Shown here: positions 1 through 13,940 of the stretch, piece by piece
How the letters are laid out: every line of letters starts with the position of its first letter
How positions within the stretch are numbered: the first letter of the stretch is position 1
Source of the DNA: Octopus sinensis
Taxonomy: Eukaryota
Direction of reading: 5' to 3'
Assembly (NCBI RefSeq): GCF_006345805.1
Contig: NC_043003.1
Location: forward strand, 16,988,001-17,052,000
Length of the DNA stretch: 64,000 nt
Notes under the pieces: model-generated
Told to the model about the DNA's origin: nothing
What the model saw: only the letters and a program-made list of their open reading frames with translations
Database searches by the model: none
Position numbers and translations under genes: made by a program

Positions 1-328
1 ATTTCGTAAACGGTGGCTTTTAACGAGTGGAGAGCTGAAGCACCCTGGGGTACAGAGGATTCGCAATCTAGACTGGGGTCTGAAAGTTTACCCCACCATA
101 GTGGGTTACACCATGGTTCCTCTGCTTTGTGGCAGAAGTAGGAAGAAAGAGTGAGAGAAAGTTGTGGTGAAAGAATACAGCGGGGTTCACCCCCACTTCT
201 GCCGGAGAGTCGTGGAGCTTAGGTGTTTTTGCCCAATAAACACTCACAATGCTCGGTCTGGGAATCGAAACCGCGTTCATTACGACCGCGAGTCCGCTGC
301 CCTAACCACTTGGCCATTGCGCCTCCAC
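1..328 (-). mobile_element. tRNA-derived SINE, family C head (tail variant iv), tail runs toward the window start
   Basis: Reverse strand GGAGGCGCAATGGCCAAGTGGTTAGGGCAGCGGACTCGCGG...GGTTTCGATTCCC has A- and B-box-like motifs. The same head recurs at 23470, 27590, 30892, 32137 and 35437. Confidence 0.85.
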
Positions 329-561
329 TTTTGTTGTTGTTGCTGTTATTGTGGTTGTTTAGCTCCGGGTAAACTCTGATCAAGTTTACCTTTGATTAGA
401 AGCATTCCAACCACATTCGGCTTTTATAGAGACACTTAGGATTATGTTATCCTCGGGGCATGGAGATTTTAGAAGATTCGTTTGCTATTTTTTGCAGACT
501 GCACGAGCATGTCGAGGTTTCTAGTTCAGTGAAGGTGCAGATCAGCCATGATATTGAACTA

Positions 562-1106
562 TTGGGTTGTCAGGAAAGTTTGTGCCGATTTTTAAAGGAA
601 AGAAAAAGGACAATAAATACTTGCCATTACATTTTTAATCAACCAAATATGAACCATTTTGTTGCACAATGCGTCTCCATCTTTTCTTTAACTTGAAAAT
701 ACCCTCTTCCCAGAATTGAGGTGGTTTCATGGCAAAGAATTCATCAAGGTATCTTTTTACATCATCCAAGGAATTGAAATTTTTACCATGAAGACTATTC
801 TGCAGAGACCTGAATATGTGGAAATCCGAAGGAGCAATATCTGGTGAATATGGAGGGTGGGGTAACACATCCCAGCCGAGCTGCAGCAAATTTTGTTTGG
901 TTCCAAAAGCATGAAGTGCCGAAAAGGAACCTTCTTATCTTCCATTTTAAAGGGTTACAGAATTAACACAGGTTATAGGAACGTAAACCTTCTTCCACGA
1001 AAAGATAGCTTAAACTGTGCTCTAAATGGAAGTGTAGTCAAATCCTATTTTATGGACTCAACCATGTTCTAAAATAAGTGGAAAGTTAAGCTACTATAAA
1101 TCGGCA
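562..1106 (-). mobile_element. Internally deleted (non-autonomous) mariner element
   Basis: TA followed by TIR TTGGGTTGTCAGGAAAGTTTGTGCCGATTT. ORF 635-889 has WDVLPHPPYSPDIAPSDFHIF (mariner YSPDLAP-D motif) and is joined to the N-terminal MEDKKVPFRHFML. The other TIR is truncated. Confidence 0.9.
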
Positions 1107-1802
1107 TATATAAACGAAAGAAAATAAAAGAAGCAGAATGGAGAGGACAGAATATTTTTCTTGATTCAGTCCTAGTTACTTGCGTAACTAGGAATAGAAC
1201 AAGCACATTTACTAAAGAAAACATGAAAAATATAACTATGGCCACCAGATTGATCATTATGAAAAGCTCTCTGTATTGTATATCTATGAAAGATTTTAGC
1301 ACCATATTTACGTATTTTGCCTAATTGTTTATGAAAACAGTATATTTAGAAATCGTCGATAGAACAATTTTTCAAACTGAATACATAAATAATGTTTTAG
1401 CAATAATCTACTTAAAAACCCACACATTGGAATGTTGCCTTGGTGTATATAGAATGCGAACATTCGTGGCACGACAGAAGAAAAATAGATGATAAATTGA
1501 GTGGGTTGAAACAAAACAGTTTTAATGTAACGGGTCCGACTGTTAAGGATAAAAATATCTCGGACAGAAACTGAAGGTGGGACACAGGTGGATATCTCAA
1601 GAACTCAGCTATGTATGTAAATCTGCAGAGAAAATTCCTTGAGAAAAGCCAGCTGCGGGAATAAAAAGGAAGTTAGAACATATTTCATGTATGTTTATAG
1701 GTGTGGAAATATGCGAGAAAGAAAGAAGTGGAAAAAGAAGATGGAAAGAAAACAGAGAAAGGAAACCACTAAGAACTGTAGTGGCAACAATTGTAACTTT
1801 AT

Positions 1803-1835
<33 letters not shown>

Positions 1836-2089
1836 GATCACCATCAGCAGCAGCAGCCAGAGAAACAGTAGTTGTTAGAGTAGCAGCAACGGCAGCAGAT
1901 GTAATAGTTACAGTAGTGGAGAAGAGAAAGTAAGAAGGCAGGCTAACCCAGGAAGGATAATGGAAATATGAGCGGTGAAAAGTAGGTACGTCTTCGTAAT
2001 CAAAGAATATAAAGAATCTGGCTGAAGTTTGTGGCTGGATCTATCACGTATGTATAAGTTACTTCAAACTATAAAGAATTACAAGTAAT

Positions 2090-2496
2090 AATCTTTTCTA
2101 CCAGAGCCCCAAGGCTCCACATTTGTAGGTAGGGGACTAATCGATTACATCGACCCCAGTGTTTCACTGGTACTTATGTCATCGATCTCGAAAGGATGAA
2201 AGGCAATGTCGACCTCGGCGGAATTTGAACTCAGAACGTAGCGGTAGACGATATACCTATTTCTATTTCTTTACTACCCACAAGGGGCTAAACACAGAGT
2301 GGACAAACAAGAACATACAAACGGATTAAGTCGATTATATCGACCCCAGTGCTTAACTGGTACTTAATTTACCGACCCCGAAAGGATGAAAGGCAAAGTC
2401 GACCTCTGTGGAATTTGAACTCAGAACGTAAACACAAACGATATACCGCTAAGCATTTCGCCGGGCCTGCAAATGATTCTGCCAGCTTACCGCCTT
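2090..2496 (-). mobile_element. SINE family B (Meta-domain-like core), two tandem units
   Basis: Repeated GTCGACCTCGGCGGAATTTGAACTCAGAACGT and CGACCCCGAAAGGATGAAAGGC. Matches the copies at 15.3, 28.5, 43.6 and 58.5 kb. Confidence 0.85.
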
Positions 2497-3704
2497 ATGA
2501 TAAAAAGTTAAAATATCAAATTTTAGGCGTAGCACAAGTTTTGATATCAATTTATCGAAAACAGTTGAACGAAGAGAATAAAATTGAAATGATAATTAAT
2601 TAAAAGAATAAAAAATGAATTCAATTATAGCAAATATTTCAAATTAAGGGAAAAGAATGTTCATATAGTCGGGTATTATTAAGAAAATTACTATTATTTA
2701 TAAAAAAATGTCAACCAATGTGCACTGTGTATGTAAAATTGATGGGATAGTCGCAGATGAAATGCCTTTGAAATGTCTTGAAATGCTTTACTAAAAATAG
2801 ACGCGAGAATCAAGCTTACAAGCATTTATCTCTATTTCTCTCTCTCTCGTTCGCAATTCCTCATTAGAAACCGGAGGCTTCAAAAGACTGTTTTCCATTT
2901 TCTCCGGGAATGTTCGTCTAGTAACAGTTAAGTAACATAACAGCATAGTCTCCTTGATTAAGGTTGATCTAGATCTAATAAACAACAACAACAACAGTAA
3001 TAGCAACAGTAGTTTTAAGGTCCTTGGAATCCTTCTCAGAGTTAGTATCAAATTATCCATAGTCATTAACTTGAACCTGTTCGTATCACAAGGTGTCATA
3101 GAGCTGGTACTTATCTCCTGGTCTCCGTAACGTGACATTATTGAGGAATGAATTCCCCTTTGATAGAACGCTGGCTTTTCGAGGACTTGAATTTAACAAT
3201 GCAAGCTAAGACATTCTGGGATTGGTTACAGTGATGAATTATTCTTCCACCAACTGCAGCCGGAATATGATTCTATCTGGTCGCTCTATTTCCTAGAAAT
3301 GTCAGGAAATACATCCTTCAAATTACATCCTGCCACCTTACAACGTTAAGGACACATCTGATAATGTATGTTTTTTTTTTTTTAATAAGGGTAAAGACCT
3401 CCTATGGTCACGAATGACCATGGGATTGCACCTAGAAAGTCTCCCTTCGAAGCACAAGTCCGGGCAAGAGTAGAAAAGAATATTTTACGCTTTTGACTAC
3501 ATAGTTTCATAAGAGATTGATTATATCTTTTCCTCCTGAAAACAAAAAGAAAATTATATGCAGGAAATGGTAGTATAGAAAGGATGGCAAACTAGCTTTG
3601 ACAGACAAATAGATAATGTAAACAGAGAGAAGCGTTGACAAATAAACAGATAGAGAGAAAATGAAAGACGCTGTGGATAGACATTTGTCAAAATCTTGGA
3701 CAGC

Positions 3705-3832
3705 TGTTGTGGTGAAAGGGTACAGCCGGATCCTCGTGGAGCTTAGGTGTTTTGCTCAATAAACACTCACAATGCCCGGTCTGGGAATCGAAACCGCGTT
3801 CTTACGACCGCGAGTCCGCTGCCCTAACTACT
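3705..3832 (-). mobile_element. SINE family C head fragment
   Basis: Closely matches 163-310. Confidence 0.8.
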
Positions 3833-3839
3833 GTTGCTG

Positions 3840-4225
3840 TTCAAATCGTTAACACACCAGTCAAAATGCTTCGTGTTATTTCGTCTGCCGTTACGTTCTG
3901 AGTTCAAATTCCGCCGAGGTCGACTTTGCTTTTCATCCTTTCGGGGTCGATTAAATAAGTTCCAGTTACGCTCTGGGGTCGATATAATCGACTTAATCCG
4001 TTTGTCTGTCCTTGTTTGTCCCCTCTGTGTTTAGCCCCTTGTGGGTAATAAAGAAATAGATATTTCTTTTGGCTCTTTACGTTGTGTTCAAATTCTGCTG
4101 AGGTCGACTTCACCTTTCATTCTTCTGGGTTCGATAAAATAAAGTACGAAAGTATTTGGGTCGATGTAATCGACAAATGCTTTCCCTTCAAATGACTGGC
4201 CTTGTGCTAAATGTTGAAAGAATTT
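3840..4225 (+). mobile_element. SINE family B, two tandem units
   Basis: TTACGTTCTGAGTTCAAATTCCGCCGAGGTCGACTTTGC core occurs twice. Confidence 0.85.
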
Positions 4226-5406
4226 TAAGTGTTGTCGTCGTTGTTGTTATTGTTTTTCTAATTGGAACGGGTAGGAACGGCATAATCTGTAGAGTGTTAA
4301 ACAAGATGTCTCCTTTATGCTCTGGGATCGAATCATGCCAAGATCGGCTTTACCTTATTTTCTCTTGTAATCGATAAAATGAGTACCATTTGAGAACTGA
4401 TATCAGCATAATCATAAAGGATACGCCTTCTTCTGTATATTTTGACACTGACACCATTGCTACAAAGGATAGAGACTTTGATGGGAACTCTACCCCAATT
4501 GGGCCGCAGGAGTGTCGTGTCTGTATACGGTGGGGGAGACTCATTGTCATGATGTAGTTCAGGTTGGATAGAAAAGCAATCTACATCATTCTGGCTGAGG
4601 AGTGCACAAATAGACCTGGATAATCGAAATGAATACGTTTTACACATTAAATATGCATTCATTTACGGAACTTCCAAGAAATCATTTTGTTTATAACATG
4701 AAGTATATTTGCCACTTAAATGTGGCTAACCACTAAAGCTTGTAGCCCCAGGAGAATATCTTCTCCGGCTGGCTATTGACACACTTTCTATGCCCTATCA
4801 GTATTTGCAAAGGGAAGCCATCCTTCCCATCGTCGACCTGACGTGATACGCATGGACAGCGCACGAGAATCATCGGTCTTCGATAGCGATTTATTAATTC
4901 TGTTTATAATTTTCCCAGTATAATTTTGCACAAACTTGACCCCAATTTCATATCTCAGATTTGCATATGAATTCGCAAATATTTTATCCTTTCCTCATTC
5001 TTATCTATTTTTTAATAGCAAAACACACTTCGGTCTGAAATGTTGGAAACTCACACTCGATTACCTTTTTATATTGGCTTATATTGGCGTCTGTATTATT
5101 TCCTCTTCAACAAATATTAATAGAGACCGACCTGAACAGAATTAAACTTAGATAACCGTAGAGTTTATTTTTGTTATAAATATCGGGTTTCAACTAATTT
5201 ATTTTGTTAGATATTCTTCGAGTTCTTGACGTAGTTACAGGATGTTTCTCTTCCTTGTTAATATGAAATAGATTCGATATTGTGATGAACAATATCACTC
5301 TATTTCAGCATTATTACCATCACAGCGTATCAGGTAGCTGCTTTATACATTGTAAGTAAAATGTGTCTGTATCTTTTAACCTTTTCCTTGCTCTGTGTTG
5401 CATATA

Positions 5407-6052
5407 TGATATACCGGACATATTTCCATGGCATCCTTGGAGTATTCTCAGTTTTTTCGAGCCATTATAGTGACTTGGGACTTATAAAAGGAAAGCTTTA
5501 TATTTCCCAGAACGCATGAATCAAGGACTAACTAGAAGTCTGAAAACAAGCATAGCCATTTAGTACAAACTTACGAAAACGGCGACCACACCTGTTCGTC
5601 GTCATCTACGTAGACCCGGAGATGTCGCAGTCTCAGCGCGTGTCTGCGCATCATCAACCACGGCAAGCCCAGCCCTCCTTTTAACGGGTAGATAGATAGA
5701 CAGATAGGTAGAGGGAGAAAGAGAGAAGGGGCATCCCCTGCCTATTCACCATTCATTTATTTATTTAGTCCTCAAAGAGGAGAAAAAGAAAGAAAGAGGA
5801 AAAAAGAAGGAAAGCGGAAGAGAGAAAGAAAACAAAATGACTTTCAGTGATGACCAAACTACACCTGTTTCTTTATATATATTTTTTGATATATCGGACA
5901 TATTTCCTTGGAGTATTCTCAGTTTTTTCGAAACATTATAGTGACTTGGGACTTATAAAAGTAAAGCTTTGTATTTCCCAGAACGCATGAATCAAAGGCT
6001 AACTGGAAGTCTGAAAACAAGCACAGACATTCAGGACAAACTTATGAAAATG
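5407..6052. repeat. ~170-bp direct repeat (5407-5580 / 5888-6052) around a CpG-rich spacer
   Basis: GATATA(C/T)CGGACATATTTCC...ACAAACTTA(C/T)GAAAA is present twice. Confidence 0.8.
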
Positions 6053-6970
6053 CTTTGGATAAACAATAGGCTGTGAGCTTCATCAGTCTAATCATTGTTG
6101 TTGTTTAGTCTCAGTCAGTTCTGATTGAACTGATTAATGGTTAAAGCACTATAGCCTTTTATTGACTCATCTTCTTAGTCACAGTATATGGAAAACTACA
6201 ATATCCAGTGTGTCCATCAAAAAATTGTTGAGTGCGATTTGAGAAAGATTTGGCTGATGTTTCTAGCGTAGAATCATCCTCGCAGTCTTTTCAGTTTTGT
6301 ATTTACGGCAAAAATGAGTAGAGAGGTAACGTTAAATGAAGCCATCTTACTCCTTAAACCTTCCTAGGGAGATAATTAAATATTTCTAGGAAATATTTAA
6401 TTATCTCCTCTGTAAATATTTCTAGGAAATATTTAATTATCTCCTCTGTATGATGTTTAAAACCCGATTTAGAATCGATTCATCGCAACCAATTCTTAGA
6501 ATGTAAAAACTGAAATAGCAATGACTGCTTATATAGTACTGTCTCCTCACAGGGAAGGTATATCTAGAGCAATGAATCTTTACCAAAAATTTAAGAACTA
6601 TTTTCAGATTCTCTGCGGAAGGTTGTCTGGAAAGGAAAACCTAAGAAAGATAAAATACATCCATGAACATCCCATATTTTTAGAATTATCTCGGACTACA
6701 TCAATCAATGTTGTGTCTTTCTCATTCCTTTAGGGCAACTGGAGAAGATGAAGGAGATTTGGCTGCTGTATCTAGCAGACGGTGTGAACATGCAGCTGCT
6801 TCTTTTATGTGTTAGAAAGGAATGCTGTAGTTGATAAAAATCAAAATCAAATAAATCACATTTGCAAATCTCAATTGTAGAAACATTAAAAAAGACTTGT
6901 AAGCATTCCTGGTTTTTCTGTTATGTATAGACGGAGAGATATACATACAAGCATATGTGCTGTGCATTTA

Positions 6971-7036
<66 letters not shown>

Positions 7037-7269
7037 AGAAAAAAAGTCGTCAGAATTTTGGAAAAAAAATCCTTTTATTTCTTCATTATTATTAGCGCTT
7101 TCGTTCCTTTCTAGAACTTGTCAAATAAAATTTTGTGAATGTACAAACAGCTTGTTCATTTATATAAAAAGGATGTTTTTGATGGGTATTGTTTAGAAGA
7201 AAACATTGTTTTTGATTTTTGGGGTGAGGTTCCATGATAATAGAGATGGATAGATAGAAATATAGGTCG

Positions 7270-7380
<111 letters not shown>

Positions 7381-7599
7381 TGGAGCTAATATATTTATAT
7401 TAGCTCCATATGAAGCGGGCTCTTTTTCTTTGGTGCTAATCTTCTTCGAAATACAGATAAAGAAAATAAAGCAGATCACAAGAGCAGATGCATAATCTGA
7501 AAATCGACGCCTAAATAAAGTCAGTACAAATAAAATGATCATGCTCTTAATATTTAGAACATTATCTACTCGAAGATATTAGGTCGTCAAGTTTGAAAT

Positions 7600-7922
7600 T
7601 TGTAGAAAAGAAAAAAAGTTAGCTAATGTTTTATAAATACAAGGAATAGTTTTATTCCTCAAAGTATGCACCCATATTGTCAATACACCTTTGCCCTTTC
7701 AGCGGTAGCTTGTCAAGCTCGGAACTGTTAAAGCCTGGCAATCTCGAGTCAATAAAATCTTGGTAGGCCTATCAAAAAGTTATCCAAATTCTGGAAGAAG
7801 TACTAGTCAGTGGGGTCAAGATCAGGTGAGTATATATTGTGAAATTTGATTTAGCATTACTATATGGAATTTTTCCCTGTGAGTTTGGAATCATATTCCC
7901 TATTATTATTATTATTATTATT

Positions 7923-7954
<32 letters not shown>

Positions 7955-8965
7955 AATCATCATCATCATTATTATTATATATATATACATACATATATAC
8001 ATACTTCCAGTTGCAACGCCTGTAGTTTCGCCAATGTCATTTTTGTGATGTGTGGTCTGGTGTTGTCTTGCAATAAAATAGGAGTTGATCTGTTGACTAA
8101 TCTAGGCTGTTTTTTGTAAGTTTCTGCATCATTCGATTCAGTTGGCTGCAGTATACTTCAGCCGTGATTGATGAGCCAGGTTTAATGAACTTAATAATCG
8201 ATCACACCTGCGTCAGACAACCAAATACACACCACCAGCTTCTTTTTATGAATTTTGCTTTTTGGATTGTATTTTGGTGGCTCATCTTTGTCCAACCACT
8301 GTGCTGAATGCTTACCGTTGTTGTATTGGATCCATTTCTCATCACGTTACAATTCGATTCAAAAATGATTAATTTTTGCAACGAGATAGTAGCATAATGC
8401 AGGCTTCCAAAAGTTGCTGATTTTCTGATTTTCGTTGAGTTCACGTAGAACCCACTTGTCCAACTTTTTCACTAAACTGATTTGCACTAGGTGAGTTAAT
8501 GTTGTTTGCTTACTAACACCAAACAACGATAATTCACGGCCACTTTGAGATGGATTTGACTCGACGGTGGCTTTCAGTTCGTAATTATCCACCTTTGTTT
8601 CTGGTCGACTGCGTTGCTCATTTGTGAGGCCAAAGTTACAAGAACGAAATTTTACTAACTAATTTGATACTGTCTGCTGTGTCATAACATTAAAATGAAA
8701 TATCCATTAATATTCCGAGCTGTGTGGGATGCTGTATTTCCAAGAAAGAGCTCATATTTCAAAACTGTAGGAATTTCCGACTTATCCATCTCTAAACAAA
8801 AATAGCAAAAAAAAAAAAAAAAACTATTTAGAAATATTTTATAGAGTGCACAATGAGTTAGAATAAATAAATAGATGTGTCAGCTTTCTAACAAAAAATA
8901 ATGATTGTCAAAATATAATAATGGTACAAATATGAACACCTGTCAAAGTTTACCATATACCTTAA
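7600..8965 (-). mobile_element. Degenerate near-full-length mariner transposon, interrupted at ~7832-7998
   Basis: Minus-strand motifs in order: KKLDKWVLREL (WVPxEL), LQDNTRPH (HDNARPH), YSPDLDPTD, KLPLKGQRCIDNMGAYFEE*. Many frameshifts. Ends are approximate. Confidence 0.85.
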
Positions 8966-9149
8966 TACAGTCAAGAATGTCTTGGTTGGAAGGAGAAAAG
9001 GCTACCCCAGCATCTTTTTAGTGGTATGCATGACATATTAGTGGATTGCAGCAACGTCAAATTAGGCGCGTTGCTCAGGGACACAATGCGTTGTCTACGT
9101 CTGGGATTGAAACCACGAACTTACGATCATCATCCAAACAAAGCTAACC

Positions 9150-9310
9150 AGGCGCTGGCATGGCTGTGTGGTAAGAAAGTTGCTTCCCAACCACATGGTT
9201 CCGGGCTCAGTCCTACTGCGTGGCACCTTCGGCAAGCGTCTTCTACTATAGCCACAAGTCGACCAAAGCCATATGAGTGGATTTGGTAGACAGAAACTGA
9301 AAAAAGCTCG

Positions 9311-9354
<44 letters not shown>

Positions 9355-9590
9355 AAATATATACGTGTGTGTCTTTGTGCCTGTCTTTCTCCCCTCACCA
9401 TTGCCTGACAACCGGTGTTAGTATTTTTATGTCCCCACAACTTAGCGGTTCGGAAAGAGAGACCGATAGAATAAGTACTAGGATTAAAAAGAATTAGTTC
9501 TGGGGTCAGTTTCTTGGGCTAAACCCTCTTTAGGGACCTCTCGAACATGGCCACATTAAAATGACTAAAACAAATTAAAGAATAATAGAA
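9150..9590 (+). mobile_element. SINE family A (tRNA head, internal CA/TA microsatellite, GAGTAAAA-type tail)
   Basis: GGCGC..TGGCTGTGTGGTAAG...GGCAAGCGTCTTCTACTATAGCC...GAAACTGAAA. Many copies in the window. Confidence 0.85.
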
Positions 9591-10371
9591 TCCACACCTT
9601 CATGAAGGATTTATAAAATGTTACCAGCATCAATATGAATTGCTTGAAGACCGTTGACAGACAGATATTCGGAATGTTATCCTTTAAGTATGCAGATAGT
9701 GGTTATAGAACAAAGACCAACTGTACTGGAAAATATTTCATCAGATTCTCTGCTGTAGTTCTGTTTCGGTTAAATCATATTTAATGATACACTACAACAT
9801 CCTTAATCATAAATATATTATATAAATGTTAATTACTATTTCCTCTGAGACATAGAAATACTCAGGTGTTGTATTACTTTCAATTGCACTTCTTAAAGAA
9901 GGTGTAAAAACTACAGCGGTTAGGCATAAGGTGTAAAAACAGCAATACAATAATTTAATATGTTGAGATCCTCTTACAACTACATCACATTTTAATGTGG
10001 GTGGAAGCTATGATGTGTATGTAAATATAATGAACTGTATGTTTGAATGGACTAATGAATACAGTAATTGAGAAATTAAATGCACATAAATAGCACACCA
10101 TTACACATTCTTCCCAAAATACCGTTCAGGTTACGCTACAGAGAGAACACTTACATATTGTAAATGAATCAATATTAAATAGATAAAATTATTTCGGTAA
10201 AATACTATCAACGTATTTCAACAGTTATCTCGAATTTCATTTGCTCGCATCGAAAATATCACATTTTATTATTCTAAAATTCTGACAGGAGAGAATAATG
10301 GGTAAAATTCCTTGAGATAAATGTTGAAAACATAAACAGCTGCAATATGTATGTGAGTGTGTGAACGCGTG

Positions 10372-10406
<35 letters not shown>

Positions 10407-10493
10407 ATGTATACATGTATATATATATATATATATGCATATATATACATACATATAAATATATATGTATATACATGTGTATATATATACATA

Positions 10494-10557
<64 letters not shown>

Positions 10558-11165
10558 GTACACACACTCACACACATATGTGAAACCAAGGAAAATTACG
10601 CTACAGAATTGACGGGTCGATTTTTCGCCGAGGAAAAGAATGGGCTTTATTGTTTTCACAAAACTGAAATAGAAATTCTTGTTAACAACAATGTTATAAT
10701 TAGTAATAAAACAGAATGCTTAAGAACTAAAGAAAGTTTGCCGCATACAATAATTGTTTAGCAAATTATTTCGTATAAATAGAGACATTCTGCTGAGAAA
10801 ATGGCTGACTTAGACAAACAATGAGCGTAATATTAGAAGATATGACAGAAATATTGAATAACATTTTCATGGCATAAAACTGGTTTGAATTTCACCGCCA
10901 GGAACAATTATATTTTAATGGTAAGACCTTGTTTTCTTTCTACAGATTCATGAATAAATTTAATACCCCTGACAACGTATTTATTTTGATGTAGCAGTTG
11001 GTTACGATTTCGAAGAAATTACAGCTGTACATATCTAAATCCCGGAGATTAGTTACTTTTAGATCAAATTATAATATTTCAGATTACTACTGTTTTCTGT
11101 AAAGATTAAATTCTTTTTAATATTTACAACTAAACTACGATTTTATCTTCATCCGCCATTAACTA

Positions 11166-11345
11166 TCTTATACCTGGATATTTATACATTGCGAGAATGT
11201 AATTGGAATTGTAATTGAGCTAGGAATCTTTCTTTGTGAACTATGTTAACAATTCTTATCCATCAAGGCCATTGACACCCTTCTATATGCATCTACACTG
11301 CGTTCTAGTCAATTTGATCTTCTTGTAATCGGGATATCGGGATAT
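11166..11345 (-). pseudogene. Possible decayed LINE ORF2 fragment
   Basis: Stop-interrupted KGVNGLDG*ELLT*FTKKIPSSITIPITFSQCINIQ loosely resembles the 'G.D....LL......I..PL...F..C' segment upstream of LINE RT domains. Weak. Confidence 0.3.
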
Positions 11346-11369
11346 CTATGTATATATATATATATATAA

Positions 11370-11371
11370 TA

Positions 11372-11466
<95 letters not shown>

Positions 11467-11483
11467 AATAATAATAATAATAA
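11370..11483. repeat. (ATG)n/(ATA)n microsatellite
   Basis: Direct reading. Confidence 0.95.
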
Positions 11484-11840
11484 CAGGGAATATGATTCCA
11501 AACTTACAGGGAAAACTTCAATTTAATACTAAATCAAATTTCACAATATATAATATATGTATATAAATTAGAGAAGAACCACCATGTAGCAATTCAACAA
11601 TGATATAATTAAATCACGCCATATAGAAAAATTAAAGATACGAAAAAACATTTACCTAGAACTAAATTAAGTGCGAAATAATAAATAAATAGTATATAAT
11701 TAGTAAATAGACAATTTTACTAATTATATACTACTTTTTTATTATTTCGTATTTAATTTAGTTCTAGGTAAATGTTTTATCATATCTTTAATTTTTTTCT
11801 ATATGGTATAATTTATGGTGGTTCTTCTCTAATTTATATA
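11484..11840. mobile_element. Microsatellite-embedded repeat with fold-back (probable Penelope-like terminal fragment)
   Basis: Inverted arms 11561-~11707 and ~11715-11840. Related sequence at 7832-7905(-), 34311-34525 and 35038-35250. Confidence 0.55.
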
Positions 11841-12619
11841 CATACAAGCATGCATACATACATACATACATACATACATACATACATACATACATACATA
11901 CATACATACATACATACATACATAGATACATACATACATACATACATGCATACATATATGCATACATACATATATGTATATATAAAAAGCTTCAGACAAG
12001 ATATCAACTAAAAATTTCATTTCCAAACTAAAGTAGTGTTTTATTAATTAAGTTATTGAAATGCTTTGTTGACTCTAAAGAAATTTAGTTTAAATACATG
12101 TTTCTCGTTTAGAATAGTCATCCATTGATTTTAATAGATACAGTTAGGGTATATGGTATTATAAGATGTCTATACACACTTTGGTGATGTTAGAATTATC
12201 CAAGACAGTAGACTGATAGAATTGTTAGTCGGATGAAATGCCTTGTGATGTCTCTTCCGGTTCTTTGCTTTCTAAAACGACACTGGTGCCAAGCTATATC
12301 GGCCCACGTCGGTGGCCTTTCCCTTGGATAAACATTGGTTGCATGGAGAGAGAAGTCTTACTTGTATGGACAACTGCCAGTCTTCCTAAAATTTTCTTGT
12401 CCAGGCCTGCATATATTTGAGATTATGCATCATTGACATTTGACCGACGGAGGACCTAAGATAAAGAACCTAAAATAAATGAGTAGACTCAGCCACATGA
12501 CTAAGAAAACCCGTTAATGCTAATTAAAACACACCACTATGGGATTTGCTGTAGGACTGCATTAACAACAAGGTCGTAGGTGGTGCGACGACGGAAATTT
12601 CGACACTAAATAGGTACAA

Positions 12620-12774
12620 TCGCCGCTGTGTAGTAAGAACTTTGTTTCTCAACCATATAGCTCCGGGTTCAGTCCCACTGCTTGGCACCTTGAGCAAGTG
12701 TCTTCTACTATCGCCACGGATCGACCAAAGCCATGTAAGTGGATTCGCTTGACGGAAACTGAAAGAAGCCCGTC

Positions 12775-12812
<38 letters not shown>

Positions 12813-12816
12813 TTTG

Positions 12817-12861
<45 letters not shown>

Positions 12862-13105
12862 GTGTATATGTGTGTGTGGTGTCATTGTGTGGTGTCATTG
12901 TGTCTGTGTTTGTTCCCCACCATCGCTTGACTACCGGCATTGGTGTGTTTACATCTTTATAACTTAGCGGTTTGACAAAAGAGACTGATGGAATTATTAC
13001 CAGGCTTAAATAAGATAGGTTCTTGGGTCGATTAGTTCGACTCAAATTCTACAAGACAGTACTCCATCCAACATAGCAACAATCTAACGACCGAAACAAG
13101 AAAAG
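12620..13105 (+). mobile_element. SINE family A (older, diverged)
   Basis: Same head, core and tail order as 13284-13697. Confidence 0.8.
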
Positions 13106-13283
13106 CAAAAAAAAAACAAAAAAAGAAAAATAATGTTCAAGTGAAGTGAACATCCATTGTACGTTTTTAAATGGCTAATATTGGTTTTCTACGCTTTAAT
13201 TTTTCGTTTCAGCACACAGTCTCAAACCATATCACTTGCCAGAAAAATACATCTCCAAGACTATTATGAATACTATTTATAGT

Positions 13284-13697
13284 AGGCGCAGGAGTGGCTG
13301 TGTGGTAAGTAGCTTGCTTACCAACCACATGGTTCTGGGTTCAGTCCCATTGCGTGGCACCTTGGACAAGTGTCTTCCGCTATAGTCTCGGTCCGACCAA
13401 AGCCTTGTGAGTGGATTTGGTAGACGGAAACTGAAAGACGTCCGTCGTATATATGTATATATATGTGTATATATATGTTTATGTGTCTGTATTTGTTCCC
13501 ACAACCTCGCTTGACAACCGATACCGGTGTGTTTACGTCCCGTAACTTAGCGGTTCGGCAAGAGAGACCGCTAGAATAAGTACTAAGCTTACAAAGAATA
13601 AGTCCCGGGGTCGATTTGCTCGACTAAAGGCAGTGCTCCAGCATGGCTGCAGTCAAATGACAAACAAATAAAAGAATAAAAGAATTAAAGAAGAATA
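13284..13697 (+). mobile_element. SINE family A, full length
   Basis: Runs from AGGCGCAGGAGTGGCTGTGTGGTAAGTAGC to CCAGCATGGCTGCAGTCAAATGAC plus tail. Confidence 0.92.
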
Positions 13698-13940
13698 TCC
13701 TCTTGTCCAAATCACAAATGTTTAGCATTGGACAATTCCTTGACTTTTTGATTAACCTTTTGGAGTTACGAAATAGTAACACGATACTAATGGTGATGTT
13801 GTGTTTCTAAATATACAAACGATGTTTTGAAGAAGTGTTGGATTTCATTGTTTATTTACTACGGAAAACACAAATACATGGCCGGACTTCATGCGCAACA
13901 ATATACGTCTTTGCCATAATCCGTATTATCAATACTCAAA

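Noticed and set aside
4333-4662. 109-aa ORF as a gene
   Set aside because: No recognisable motif, and its 3' part runs through a degraded family B SINE.
6368-6450. 19-bp-arm hairpin plus 37-bp tandem duplication as a regulatory or terminator element
   Set aside because: It is AT-rich and best explained as a local template-switch duplication. There is no supporting context.
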